Made by a program: the position numbers and the translations under genes. A stretch of DNA of 64,000 nucleotides from an uncultured Acidobacteriaceae bacterium. Lineage in GTDB: Bacteria > Acidobacteriota > Terriglobia > Terriglobales > Acidobacteriaceae. The stretch spans positions 140,030 through 204,029 of the forward strand of contig CAWFUU010000017.1 of NCBI GenBank assembly GCA_963819035.1, read 5' to 3'. This document shows, piece after piece, positions 24,751-33,838 of the stretch. Under the pieces are notes generated by a model that saw nothing but the letters and a program-made list of their open reading frames with translations, did no database searches and was not told the DNA's origin. Every line of letters starts with the position of its first letter. Positions within the stretch are counted from its first letter, which is position 1.

Positions 24751-25334
24751 TTATCGCGGGCGGCGGAGGAGGTGCCAGGCTTGGCGGTACTGGTCGTAGA
24801 GGCCGGGGCGGTGGTCCTTTTTCCTGCGGAACAGGAGGCTGGTGCCGCGGACGGCTCGGACGGGGATGATGTACCAGGTGTCTTCGGGGATGATGTAGGC
24901 GGCGATGAAGTCGATTTCGCTGGAGAGGTAGGGGACGGCGCGCCCTCCGCTGCGGTGGTGGCCGTTGATGCGGTAGAGGCCGTTGAGGAGTTGGGTGGAA
25001 CATTTGACCTGGACGCGGTAGAGAGGCGGACAGGGGATGCGCGCCAAGCGCGCGTTCTTGCCTGGCAAAGAACGCGAGGCATCGCGCGGCACGCCCAGGT
25101 ACCTTCGGCTCCGCCTCAGGGCAGGCTCTTCGTCGGGCAAGGCGCGCTCCTCAGGATGACGAGGTTTGTGGGTGAGGTCGCGGGCGTCGAGGATGAAGTC
25201 GTAGCGTTCGCTGTCGCCGTAGGGTTTGGAGACGCCGAAGCCAAGGCGGGTGGCGATGAGGAGGAGGACGAGTTCGGCGAGCTCGCCGCGGCGCTTGGTG
25301 TTGCGTTCCCGGCGGAGGGAATGGACTGGCGGGA
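24751..25334 (-). pseudogene. PD-(D/E)XK endonuclease (group I intron-associated type, PDDEXK_5-like), start codon missing
   Basis: Reverse-strand frame reads ...SLRRERNTKRRGELAELVLLLIATRLGFGVSKPYGDSERYDFILD...RVQVKC...SEIDFIAAYIIPEDTWYIIPV...YRQAWHLL. No ATG/GTG/TTG lies between the upstream stop (25378-25380) and NTKRRGE. A palindromic insert (cgcgttctttgccaggcaagaacgcg) precedes RVQVK. Confidence 0.6.
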
Positions 25335-25340
25335 CAGTTC

Positions 25341-25892
25341 TTGCATCCCGCTCCCGGCGATCTGCTCCATCTCGACATCAAGGGCATGACCCGCTATCAG
25401 CAGGTCTCCATTCGCGGCGACGGTCGTCGCCGCGGTCGCCCTCAGTTCGCTGGCTGGCAGGCTCTGCACGTCGCCATCGACGATCACTCCCGCCTCGCCT
25501 TCTCCCGCATGCTGCCCAATCAGCAAAGCGAAACCGCCATCGCCTTCCTGCGCGCCGCCGTCGCCTTCTACGCCCTGCACGGCATCTCCATTCGCCGCCT
25601 GCTCACCGATAACGGCTCCTGCTATCGCTCCCGACAGTTCCGCGCCGCCTGCCTTCAACTCGGCATCCAGCACCGCTTCACCCGTCCCTACACTCCGCGC
25701 ACCAACGGCAAAGCGGAACGCTTCATCCAAACCGCCCTACGCGAGTGGGCCTATGTTCGCCACTACCTCAACTCGGAGGAACGCGATCAGCAGCTCTCGC
25801 CTTGGCTGGAGCATTACAACTTCCACCGTCCGCATGGTAGTCTCGGTTACGCTCCGCCCATTAGCCGGGCTCCCGTGGGTATAACGTCTTGA
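25341..25892 (+). mobile_element. IS481-family (rve/DDE) transposase fragment lacking the N-terminal HTH third
   Basis: PGDLLHLDIKGM...WQALHVAIDDHSRLAF...LTDNGSCYRS...RPYTPRTNGKAERFIQTALREWAY...HYNFHRPHGSLGYAPPISR. Homology begins abruptly at about 25335. No N-terminal part is present in any frame. Confidence 0.75.
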
Positions 25893-26238
25893 TAGATCAC
25901 AGGCACCCAGCTTCCATGAAAAGAGGCGGTCGGCGCTTCGTCACTTTTCCACAGCCTTCCACAGCAAAAAAGCTGATTCCTGTGACGAACAACCTTTACT
26001 GAGAAATGTGGAAAACGCACACTAGCCTCATGCGCGTAGGCCTCCAAAACAAGTTCGGCGTCGGCTCCGCCCTGAACCTGCCGGAACGCGCAGCTAACCC
26101 CTTATCCCGCAATATTTTACCTCTAAGTCCTTGCGCCTCAAGATTTTGCCCGGATCCAGCCCGATCCATGCCCCGTAACCAATTGAGCCCGAGGATTTTA
26201 GCTCAAAGGGCAAAAAAAAATTGATCTGGATATCCCTC

Positions 26239-27816
26239 CTACTTCAGCAGCCCGTAGACTTCGACTTCGCCTCGGGCGGCGAAGTAGACGCGGCCGTTCA
26301 CGACGAGCGGGAAGACGAAGCGCGTGGCCAGGGCGGCGCGGTCGCGCTGGCTGTTCTGTTCCGAGGTGTAGATCGGTTGGTCGAGCCGCGTGGCGTCGAA
26401 GGCGTAGAGGACTGCCGGTTTGTTGTCGGGGCCGTTCCAGGTCTTGGTCGCGATGGCCCAGACGATCGCGTTCTTGTTGCCGTCGGCGGAGACCGAAGGC
26501 GTGGCTCCCGGATCTGCGAACTTCATGATGGAAGATGTATGCAGCGTGAGTTCGCCATTCTTAACCGCGTAGTCGCGAAGGTGATCATTATTGGCGGCGA
26601 AGAAGACGTGGCCGTTCCAGTAGGCGAGGGCGCCGAGGCCACCGCCAGACATGCGAATCAACTCGACCAGCGCGTCGCCGTCGCGACGAAACTTGCCCAT
26701 GTTGTCCCGGTCCATCACATAGATCGTCGAGTCTTTCGTGGGCTGTAGCAGCAGATGACGATGCGGGCCAGGCTGGTCGGGCAGCAGAAGAGGCCCGCTG
26801 GAGCCGACATCAGAATCGGCTTCGCTGATGCGATCCTGATCGTGCGGCGTGAAGTAATCGCGGATCGCGAGCGACGAAGAGGAGCCGTCGAGCGCCAGCT
26901 TCAGAACCGAGTCGCCATAGTCACGGCCGCCAGATCCGGCGTCGAACGTGCCGTTCCCGGTTGGGACGTAGAGGTTGCCGTCGGCATCGGCGGCGGGCCC
27001 GGTGTCGCTCAACCATATGCCGGCTTCGCCTCCGTCAGGTGTGACATTCAGGACCGCACGCTGGGCCAGCGTTTGCGGATCATACGCCATCACCCAACCG
27101 TGGTAAGGGTCCACGTCGCAGGACGACGCCCATTCGAGATAAAGGACGCCGTTGGCAAGCGTGAGCGCTGCCCGCGGATTTTCTTTCAGCGGATCGAAAG
27201 CCACTTGTCCATTGGCGGCTCCGGCACCCTTGCCCGGCACCGCGGCGGAGATGAGTTTGGGGCCTCCGAACTTTTCGACTCCGGTGGTGATGGCGAGGGC
27301 GTGCAGATGCTGGGAATATTCGTTGGCGCCGACTGCGTGTTTGATCCGGGTGCGAGCGAGCACAAAGAGGGTCCCGGTCTTGAGATCAATCACCGGCGTG
27401 GAAGTGATGCCGACTTCGGGGCGGATGAACGGACACTGTGCGTCGTCTTCAGAGACGGGGATGACACCGCGTGCTTTATCGAGAAAGCTAACCTGCCAGA
27501 GCGGAGGGTCGCCGGGACGATTGGCGTCGAAGGCGTAAACGCTGTCGTGCTCGGTCGCGACGTAGAGGACGTCGTGCGTTCCTTTGCCCGGGACGTCGAC
27601 GGTGGGGAGATATAGAGGTTGCGCGTAGACCGCGCCGTCGACTTTGAACGCGCCAAGTTTGCCGAATTGTTTAGTATTTACGTTCTGCGGCGTGAGGATT
27701 TTTTCGTGGAGCGTGGCGCCCGTGCGGGAATTGTCGTATTGCGACGTGGTGACTTGGGCGAAGGCAGGAATCGCCACGAGTACGATGATTGCAGCAATAC
27801 GACAGGACGAGTTCAT
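26239..27816 (-). CDS. Secreted PQQ-like/BamB-like beta-propeller repeat protein
   Basis: Signal peptide MNSSCRIAAIIVLVAIPAFAQ (ATG 27816). VTTSQYDNSRTGA, DGAVYAQPLY, ATEHDSVYAFDA, and repeated propeller blades. Confidence 0.75.
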   Translation of the reverse strand: MNSSCRIAAIIVLVAIPAFAQVTTSQYDNSRTGATLHEKILTPQNVNTKQFGKLGAFKVDGAVYAQPLYLPTVDVPGKGTHDVLYVATEHDSVYAFDANRPGDPPLWQVSFLDKARGVIPVSEDDAQCPFIRPEVGITSTPVIDLKTGTLFVLARTRIKHAVGANEYSQHLHALAITTGVEKFGGPKLISAAVPGKGAGAANGQVAFDPLKENPRAALTLANGVLYLEWASSCDVDPYHGWVMAYDPQTLAQRAVLNVTPDGGEAGIWLSDTGPAADADGNLYVPTGNGTFDAGSGGRDYGDSVLKLALDGSSSSLAIRDYFTPHDQDRISEADSDVGSSGPLLLPDQPGPHRHLLLQPTKDSTIYVMDRDNMGKFRRDGDALVELIRMSGGGLGALAYWNGHVFFAANNDHLRDYAVKNGELTLHTSSIMKFADPGATPSVSADGNKNAIVWAIATKTWNGPDNKPAVLYAFDATRLDQPIYTSEQNSQRDRAALATRFVFPLVVNGRVYFAARGEVEVYGLLK

Positions 27817-27921
27817 GGTGTTTCCCCCAAAGACAGGTTTTGTAAGGGGCCCAGAGAATTTCCGATGCGAGTTCCGATTGACGCGTTGTGTTGGAAGACG
27901 ACGCACTTCTGGCAGGGATAA

Positions 27922-27954
27922 GCCCCATTCTCGCGAAAAGTGCGAGAATGGGGC
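27922..27954. terminator. Perfect 13-bp hairpin downstream of the 27982-28458 gene
   Basis: gccccattctcgc-gaaaagt-gcgagaatggggc. No strong U tract, so it may be a repeat-family hairpin instead. Confidence 0.4.
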
Positions 27955-27981
27955 GCCCCGGCCAACAACGACAGAGTCTAG

Positions 27982-28458
27982 TTAACGCTTCTGAACTCTC
28001 ACCAGCTGCCACGGGTGGTCTGCGACGGGCGTATCAAATAGCTTGAGTTCGGCCTTGTCGGACTCCGTTTGCTTGAGTTCAAAACTGGAGGACGTACCAT
28101 CCGGCCGTTTTGCTCCCTTAAACGACAGGATGTTCTGTTGCGCGCTGGCGTCGCTGATTTTTTGCGCATGCTCTGGCACCGGAGGGTCCGAGACAGATAC
28201 GCATGCTCCGTTGTGATCGCCGCCCATGTTTCCAATACTGATGGTGCCTTCGAGTTGAGATCCGGTTAGGTGGAGAACGATCACAACGAAAGGTGCTCCG
28301 TCCTGACATTTTCCTTCCCAAGTGCCGGCGAATCTGTCGAGGGAATCTCCGCCTTTCTTGGTGTCAAGGGTTGATTTTTCTTGAGCAGCGGCGGGCTGCA
28401 GGAACGCGAATGCCAACGACAATACGAAAATCATTTGATGGGTGAGGGCCTTGGTCAT
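27982..28458 (-). CDS. Secreted hypothetical protein
   Basis: AAGGAG precedes ATG 28458. Signal peptide MTKALTHQMIFVLSLAFAFLQPAAA. Confidence 0.6.
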   Translation of the reverse strand: MTKALTHQMIFVLSLAFAFLQPAAAQEKSTLDTKKGGDSLDRFAGTWEGKCQDGAPFVVIVLHLTGSQLEGTISIGNMGGDHNGACVSVSDPPVPEHAQKISDASAQQNILSFKGAKRPDGTSSSFELKQTESDKAELKLFDTPVADHPWQLVRVQKR

Positions 28459-28655
28459 AGATAGCTCCTTGGGGCCTTCTGTTGAATGCCCCGGTGATCT
28501 TGCAGGCGACAGAAGGCCCAATATCCCGGCCCTCAGCAAGACGTGACGAGATCCTGCAAGAGCGGCCAGGTGATTTCTTTGGAGGTCTTAGACACCGGGT
28601 AAGTATGAGACGTTCCAGGAGATTCGTCTCGTCTACGAAAGCGGGGTCCACAGAG

Positions 28656-28712
28656 CTGCGGCCCGATACACCTGGGCCGCCGGACAGCCGAGGGCGGCGG
28701 CTGTCCCTACAT
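28656..28712 (+). repeat. ~55-bp repeat ending in a REP hairpin (partner at 23628-23681)
   Basis: ctgcggcccgatacacctgggccgccGGACAGCCgagggcggcGGCTGTCCctacat. Confidence 0.8.
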
Positions 28713-28717
28713 GAGCG

Positions 28718-30862
28718 CTACTGCTGGGAGCCTTGCTTTTCTGCCGGCTTATCTGCGGGCTTGGCGAAGAGTTTGGGATCGACTGCGGGGTTGAGTTCGA
28801 TCTTTTTGAATTCGGCGTTGCTGGTCTGCTGACCGTTTTGTTTGTTCTGGTGCTGGTAGGGCATGGTGAGGCCTTCGGCAGTGCGCCAGTTGGAAAGATC
28901 AGTTTCGCCGTCGAAGGGGCCGGATTGTCCGACGCCTTTGTATTTTTCGCGGAGGATGTGACCGGTTTTGGGGTCAATGTACCAGCGGACCCAGGGGATG
29001 GCGCCGCCGATGTCGAGAATTGCGGCATCGACGTCGCCGACTTTTTCAGTGCCAGCGGCCGCAAATGAAAAAGCGGGATCGTCGGCGTGCTGCGCGACGT
29101 AGACGAGATCGTGGTGAAGTTGGGCGAGCATCTCGTTTTTTTGCGCGGGGGGCATGGCGCGCGTGCCCATGCCGGCCACGGACATGAAAGCGTCATCGGG
29201 CGAGGCCACGATGGTCAGTTTGCCTTGGGGTATGTCCATGTCGACGCGCATGGTGTCAGGGAAGGCGAGGATAACGTCGACAGCGGAAGAAGGACCGCCG
29301 GAGTCGCTCTCGGCGATGTTGACGTGCATGGCCTTGATGGATTGCAGTTTGGGCAGGCCTCCCATGGCGGCAGCGACTTTGGCGGCTAGCGCGTTGCCCT
29401 CGGGATTGGAAGCGGTGGGCTTGGCTTCGTCCTTGGCCGCGGGCGGCGCCGGGATGGTGATGTCGATTTCTTTCACGGAGCCAAGCGACGAGAGCGGCTT
29501 GTCGAACTCCTTGGTGTTGCCCACCACCAGCACGGCGAGTTGATCTTTGTGCATGTACTTGGTGGCGACGCGGTTCACGTCGGCGGCCGTCACTTTCTTG
29601 ATTTCCGACTGATACTTGTCGAGCCAGTCGGGAGGATAGCCGTAGTACTCGTAGGTCATGCGCTCGCCGAGAATCTTGTCGGGGGAGTCGAGGCGGAAGA
29701 TGAAGGCGTTGAGGATGGCGTCTTTGGCGCGCTGAATCTCTTCGTCGGTGATGGGCTGCTTGGCAAGATTGTCGATATCTTCGCCGACCGCTTGCACGGC
29801 TTCGATGGTGCTTTGGCTCTTGGTGCCCATGGCGACCTGAAGAATGCCGGGATGGCCGAAATTGGTGCCCACGCCACCGCCCACGCCGTAGGCGAGTCCG
29901 CGTTTGGTGCGGATGTCGTTGAAGAGGCGCGAGGAGAATCCGCCGCCGAAGGCCTCGTTGAAAACGCTGATGGCGTAGTAGTCGGGATTGTCGCGGGTGG
30001 TGCCGAGCGCGACCATGCGGATGTTCGACTGGTTTACGTCGTCTTTCGGAATCAGGTAATAGCCGGGCTTGGCGGGGGAGTATTGAACGTCATTCTTCGG
30101 AAGGGTTGGGCCTTTGGGCCAGGACTCGAATGTCGCGCGCAGGCGGGCTTCCATGGCGGCGGAGTCGAAGTCTCCACTGATGCCGAGGATGATGTTGTTG
30201 GGATGGACGTATTTGGCGTGCCAATCGAGAAGATCCTGACGCGTGACGGCGCTGACCGTGGAGTATTCGGCGATGCGGGCGTAAGGATTATCGGCGCCGT
30301 AAGCCAGCTTGACGGCTTCACGGTGAGCGATTTCGCCGACCTGGTCGTTGCGACGGGAGATGCCGTCAAAAGCTTCTTTTTGGGCGAGGTCGAGTTTGTC
30401 GGCGCGAAACTCGGGATTCTGCAGCAAGTCGGTGAAAGCTTTGAAAACGTCGTCGAGGTCAGCCTTGAGGCAGGAGAAGTTCACCGTGGTGGAGTCGGGG
30501 CCGCCAGCGGTTTCGACTTTGGCAGCGCGGACTTCGAGGAAGTCGTCGAGTTGATCGCCGGTCTGCGACTTGGTGCCGCCGGTGCGCCAGACTTCGCCGT
30601 AGAGGTCGACGAGGCCGGTCTTTTCGGCGGGTTCGTTGACCGAGCCGCCGCGAATGCGCGCGGTAGCGTCGATCAGGGGCAACTCGTGATCTTCCTGAAG
30701 GAAGATCACCATGCCGTTCGAGAGTTCGATGCGCTTGGGCTGCTGCGGTTTAAATGCGGGCAGCGGAGGGATGGGGATTTGCTTCCAGGTCGTGGTTTGG
30801 GCTGAGGTCTGCCCTTGGAAAACGAAGCACAACACCGCATGTAGAATGGCGGCGGAAATCAT
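28718..30862 (-). CDS. M16-family peptidase, non-catalytic type, with a ~250-aa LolA-like C-terminal extension
   Basis: M16 fold without HxxEH (GLVDLYGEVWRTGGT sits at that position). Start placed at ATG 30862 (MISAAILHAVLCFVFQGQTSA) because the 5' end of ORF 28718-30973 is encoded by a REP hairpin. Confidence 0.75.
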   Translation of the reverse strand: MISAAILHAVLCFVFQGQTSAQTTTWKQIPIPPLPAFKPQQPKRIELSNGMVIFLQEDHELPLIDATARIRGGSVNEPAEKTGLVDLYGEVWRTGGTKSQTGDQLDDFLEVRAAKVETAGGPDSTTVNFSCLKADLDDVFKAFTDLLQNPEFRADKLDLAQKEAFDGISRRNDQVGEIAHREAVKLAYGADNPYARIAEYSTVSAVTRQDLLDWHAKYVHPNNIILGISGDFDSAAMEARLRATFESWPKGPTLPKNDVQYSPAKPGYYLIPKDDVNQSNIRMVALGTTRDNPDYYAISVFNEAFGGGFSSRLFNDIRTKRGLAYGVGGGVGTNFGHPGILQVAMGTKSQSTIEAVQAVGEDIDNLAKQPITDEEIQRAKDAILNAFIFRLDSPDKILGERMTYEYYGYPPDWLDKYQSEIKKVTAADVNRVATKYMHKDQLAVLVVGNTKEFDKPLSSLGSVKEIDITIPAPPAAKDEAKPTASNPEGNALAAKVAAAMGGLPKLQSIKAMHVNIAESDSGGPSSAVDVILAFPDTMRVDMDIPQGKLTIVASPDDAFMSVAGMGTRAMPPAQKNEMLAQLHHDLVYVAQHADDPAFSFAAAGTEKVGDVDAAILDIGGAIPWVRWYIDPKTGHILREKYKGVGQSGPFDGETDLSNWRTAEGLTMPYQHQNKQNGQQTSNAEFKKIELNPAVDPKLFAKPADKPAEKQGSQQ

Positions 30863-30919
30863 AGGCAATGCTCTCTGTAACCAGCTGCGACCGAGGGTGC
30901 CGTCGAGCTTCGCTCGACC

Positions 30920-30946
30920 GGACGGCCGGAGGCGGCCGTCCCCACA
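30920..30946. repeat. REP-like hairpin in the spacer between the two M16 genes
   Basis: GGACGGCC-ggaggc-GGCCGTCC followed by CCACA. Confidence 0.7.
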
Positions 30947-30969
30947 TAGGTTTTTCTGCCAGCGGGTTT

Positions 30970-32520
30970 TCATTGCGCACCTCCCTCGTTGCCGGAGTCG
31001 CTTGACGGCTGGTCGCCGCCGGGAGACCCGCCGCCTCCCGTTTCGATAATGCCGATGGTGCGATTGGTGTCGACGAAAATTTCGTTGGCGATGCGGCGGA
31101 TGTCGGCTTTGGTCACCTGGTCGATGCGGTCGACGGAGCGGAAGAGTTCACGCCAATCGCCGTAGCGGGTCTGATAGGTGGCGAGTTGTGTGGCCAGGCC
31201 CTCGTTGTCAGCGAGGCCGCGAATCAGGTTGGCCTTGCTGCGGGTCTTAATCATTTTTAATTCGTCGTCGGAGATGTCTTCTTTTTTCAGGCGATCGATT
31301 TCCGCGTGGATGGCGTCGCCAACCTCCTGCGGGGTGTGGCCGGGCATGGGAAAGGCGTAGAAAGCGAACAGGTGCGGATACTTGATGGCGGGCCAACCGC
31401 TGAAGCCTGCGGAAGAGGCGGCGATCTTTTTGTCGCGCACCAGAGCGCGATAGAGGCGAGAGGTGCGGCCTTCGGCCAGGAGGTCCGTGATGGCGTCGAA
31501 GACAGCGTCGTCTTTGCTGCGATAGTCGGGGCGGTGATAGCCCTCGATGTAAAGCGGCTGGGATCGGTCTTTGAGGACGACCCTTCGCTCGGAGTTCTGT
31601 GGAGGCTCGGTGGTGGTTTCCTCGTCGGGGTGCGGCCGGGTGGGCAGGCGTCCGAAATATTTTTCGAGGATCGGCATGGTCTGGGCGGTTTTCACATCGC
31701 CGGCGACGGCTACGACCATGTTCGACGGCACGTAGTACTTATCGAAGAATTTCTGGGCGTCGGTGGCAGAGAAATGGTTGAGGTCGGAGATCCAGCCGAC
31801 GGTGGGGCGGTGATAGGGATGCGCGACGAAGGCGGCCTCGGTGAACTGCTCGAGCAGGCGGCCGATGGGATTGCTGTCGGTACGCATTCGGCGTTCTTCA
31901 ATCACGACGTTGCGTTCCTTGTAGAACTCGCGCAGGACCGGATGCAGAAAGCGCTCCGACTCCAGATAAGCCCATAGTTCGAGGCGGTTTTCGGGGAGGG
32001 AGTAGTGGTATCCGGTCTCGTCGAAGGAGGTGAAGGCGTTCATGTCCTCGCCGCCATTTTGCTCGACGATCTTGCCGAATTCGTTGCCGACGACGAATTT
32101 GTCGGCCTCAGCGATGGCGTCTTTCCAGGCTTTTTCGAGTTGCTTCAACTTGGCTTCGTCGCGGCCGACATTTTTGTCGCGCTCGGCTAAGTAGGCGGCA
32201 TAGGCGGTCTCAACCTTGGCCAGGGCGGGCTTTTCGGCGGCGTAGTTGCTGGTGCCGATTGTGTCGGTGCCCTTGAAGGCCATGTGCTCGAACATGTGGG
32301 CGAGGCCGGTGGCGCCCATCGGATCCTGCACCGAGCCGGCATCGACCAAAGTGAAGAAAGAGAAGACAGGAGCCTCGGGGCGCTCGCAGATCATCAGCGT
32401 CAGGCCATTGGGGAGTTTCTTGACCGTGATGCGCTTTTCGAAGGAGGCGACGTCCTGGGCGGCGGCCGCGGCTGCGAGCAGGAAAAGGATGGCGGCAAGG
32501 TTAAGAGCACGGTGCTTCAT
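30970..32520 (-). CDS. M16-family zinc peptidase (pitrilysin-like), catalytic type
   Basis: HxxEH motif in GLAHMFEHMAFKGT. Signal peptide MKHRALNLAAILFLLAAAAAAQ from ATG 32520, after GGAGGT. Confidence 0.85.
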   Translation of the reverse strand: MKHRALNLAAILFLLAAAAAAQDVASFEKRITVKKLPNGLTLMICERPEAPVFSFFTLVDAGSVQDPMGATGLAHMFEHMAFKGTDTIGTSNYAAEKPALAKVETAYAAYLAERDKNVGRDEAKLKQLEKAWKDAIAEADKFVVGNEFGKIVEQNGGEDMNAFTSFDETGYHYSLPENRLELWAYLESERFLHPVLREFYKERNVVIEERRMRTDSNPIGRLLEQFTEAAFVAHPYHRPTVGWISDLNHFSATDAQKFFDKYYVPSNMVVAVAGDVKTAQTMPILEKYFGRLPTRPHPDEETTTEPPQNSERRVVLKDRSQPLYIEGYHRPDYRSKDDAVFDAITDLLAEGRTSRLYRALVRDKKIAASSAGFSGWPAIKYPHLFAFYAFPMPGHTPQEVGDAIHAEIDRLKKEDISDDELKMIKTRSKANLIRGLADNEGLATQLATYQTRYGDWRELFRSVDRIDQVTKADIRRIANEIFVDTNRTIGIIETGGGGSPGGDQPSSDSGNEGGAQ

Positions 32521-32726
32521 GGGACCTCCGGAGTAGACCGACACGACACGGTTATGTCTTGGACGGACATGCAGGGCAGAAGTTTGAAAGTACGTGGGGG
32601 GGAGGCGGGTTGTCAAACGGGCGCGGGAGGCTGGCGGGGGTGACGCTAGCTTTAATCCTGAAACCCTAAAGCGTCTCCCAAAGCGTCTATTCTGTGCAAG
32701 CATAGTGAGACTTTTGAGGAGGGCGA

Positions 32727-33827
32727 ATGGGAGACGCACGGAAGCCTTCTCGCCGGCGGGTATCCGCCTCGAGTTGCGGATTGCTGAAGGTCGGGATGCT
32801 GTTCGCGCTCAGCACAGCGATCGCGCAGAACACCAGTTCATCACAATTTACAGTTAAGCCGCTGCCCTTGCCAGGCGCGCACGGCCTGGTGACGTTGGAC
32901 TACTTCTCCTATGACAAGACGACGCATAGCCTTTGGGTGCCTGCATCCAACACCGGCAGCGTCGACGTGATCGATACAAAAACGGATCGGATCAAAGGCG
33001 CCAAGGGATTCCCCGTAGCGCAAGTTCAGATTCTTGGCAAAATGCGCACCGTGGGCCCATCGTCGATTGCCATCGGTGAGGGTGTGGCCTACGTCGGGAG
33101 TCGAGCCGACTCGAGAATTTGCGTGGTAGATGCGCGAACTCTAAAACAGCGCGGCTGCATCGCGTTTGCTCCTCGATCTGCAGGGCTCGCCGCCGCGCCC
33201 GATGGTCTTATCTACATCGCCGCTACCAAGGAACTGTGGGCCACCAGCGGAGCGCCGCCGATCGGCGTTCCCGCCGCAGACCGTTCGATCCAAATTCTTG
33301 CGGCCAGCCCGCCCGCGCAGTTGGCGCCAGCCGGGAAGATTCCGCTGCCGGGCTCAGCGGAGGGTTATGCGGTGGACAATCTTCACGGGCGCTTTTACAC
33401 AAACCTGGAAGAAACCGGGCAGACGGTCGCGATTGATGTCCGGAAGCGGGCTGTCTTGTCTACCTGGAAGTCTTGTGACGATCCGAGCGGGGTAGCGGTC
33501 GATAGCAAGCGTGGGTTCGTGTTCGTGGCATGTGTGGATCACGTCATCGTGTTGGACGCGGGACACGATGGGAAAGTGAGTGGATCGATCCCGACTGGAG
33601 CGGGCGTGGACAACATTGACTACTCCGACGAGAGCGGGCTGCTGTATGTGGCTGCGGCCGAGGCTGCCCAGTTGACCATTGCTCGGGTTGACGATAGCGG
33701 GGTACCTAGCCCGATGGCCGTCGTAAAGACTACAAAGGGTGCGCGCAGCGTGGTTGCGGGAGCGAGTGGGACTGCCTACCTTATCGATCCGCTGGGTGGC
33801 CGTATGCTGAAAGTCGAGCCTAAATAG
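32727..33827 (+). CDS. Secreted YncE/YVTN-like beta-propeller protein
   Basis: Repeated blades (SVDVIDTKTDRI, ICVVDARTLKQ, TVAIDVRKRAV, VIVLDAGHDGKV). The start is uncertain: 32727 or 32796. Confidence 0.6.
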   Translation: MGDARKPSRRRVSASSCGLLKVGMLFALSTAIAQNTSSSQFTVKPLPLPGAHGLVTLDYFSYDKTTHSLWVPASNTGSVDVIDTKTDRIKGAKGFPVAQVQILGKMRTVGPSSIAIGEGVAYVGSRADSRICVVDARTLKQRGCIAFAPRSAGLAAAPDGLIYIAATKELWATSGAPPIGVPAADRSIQILAASPPAQLAPAGKIPLPGSAEGYAVDNLHGRFYTNLEETGQTVAIDVRKRAVLSTWKSCDDPSGVAVDSKRGFVFVACVDHVIVLDAGHDGKVSGSIPTGAGVDNIDYSDESGLLYVAAAEAAQLTIARVDDSGVPSPMAVVKTTKGARSVVAGASGTAYLIDPLGGRMLKVEPK

Positions 33828-33838
33828 GGGGAGCACTT

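Noticed and set aside
24420-25082. N-terminal 221 codons of the 449-aa ORF 23733-25082
   Set aside because: This part reads through MITE copy B and runs out of frame over the endonuclease remnant. It is Ser/Thr/Pro/Ala low complexity. A good RBS and ATG at 24419 define the real gene.
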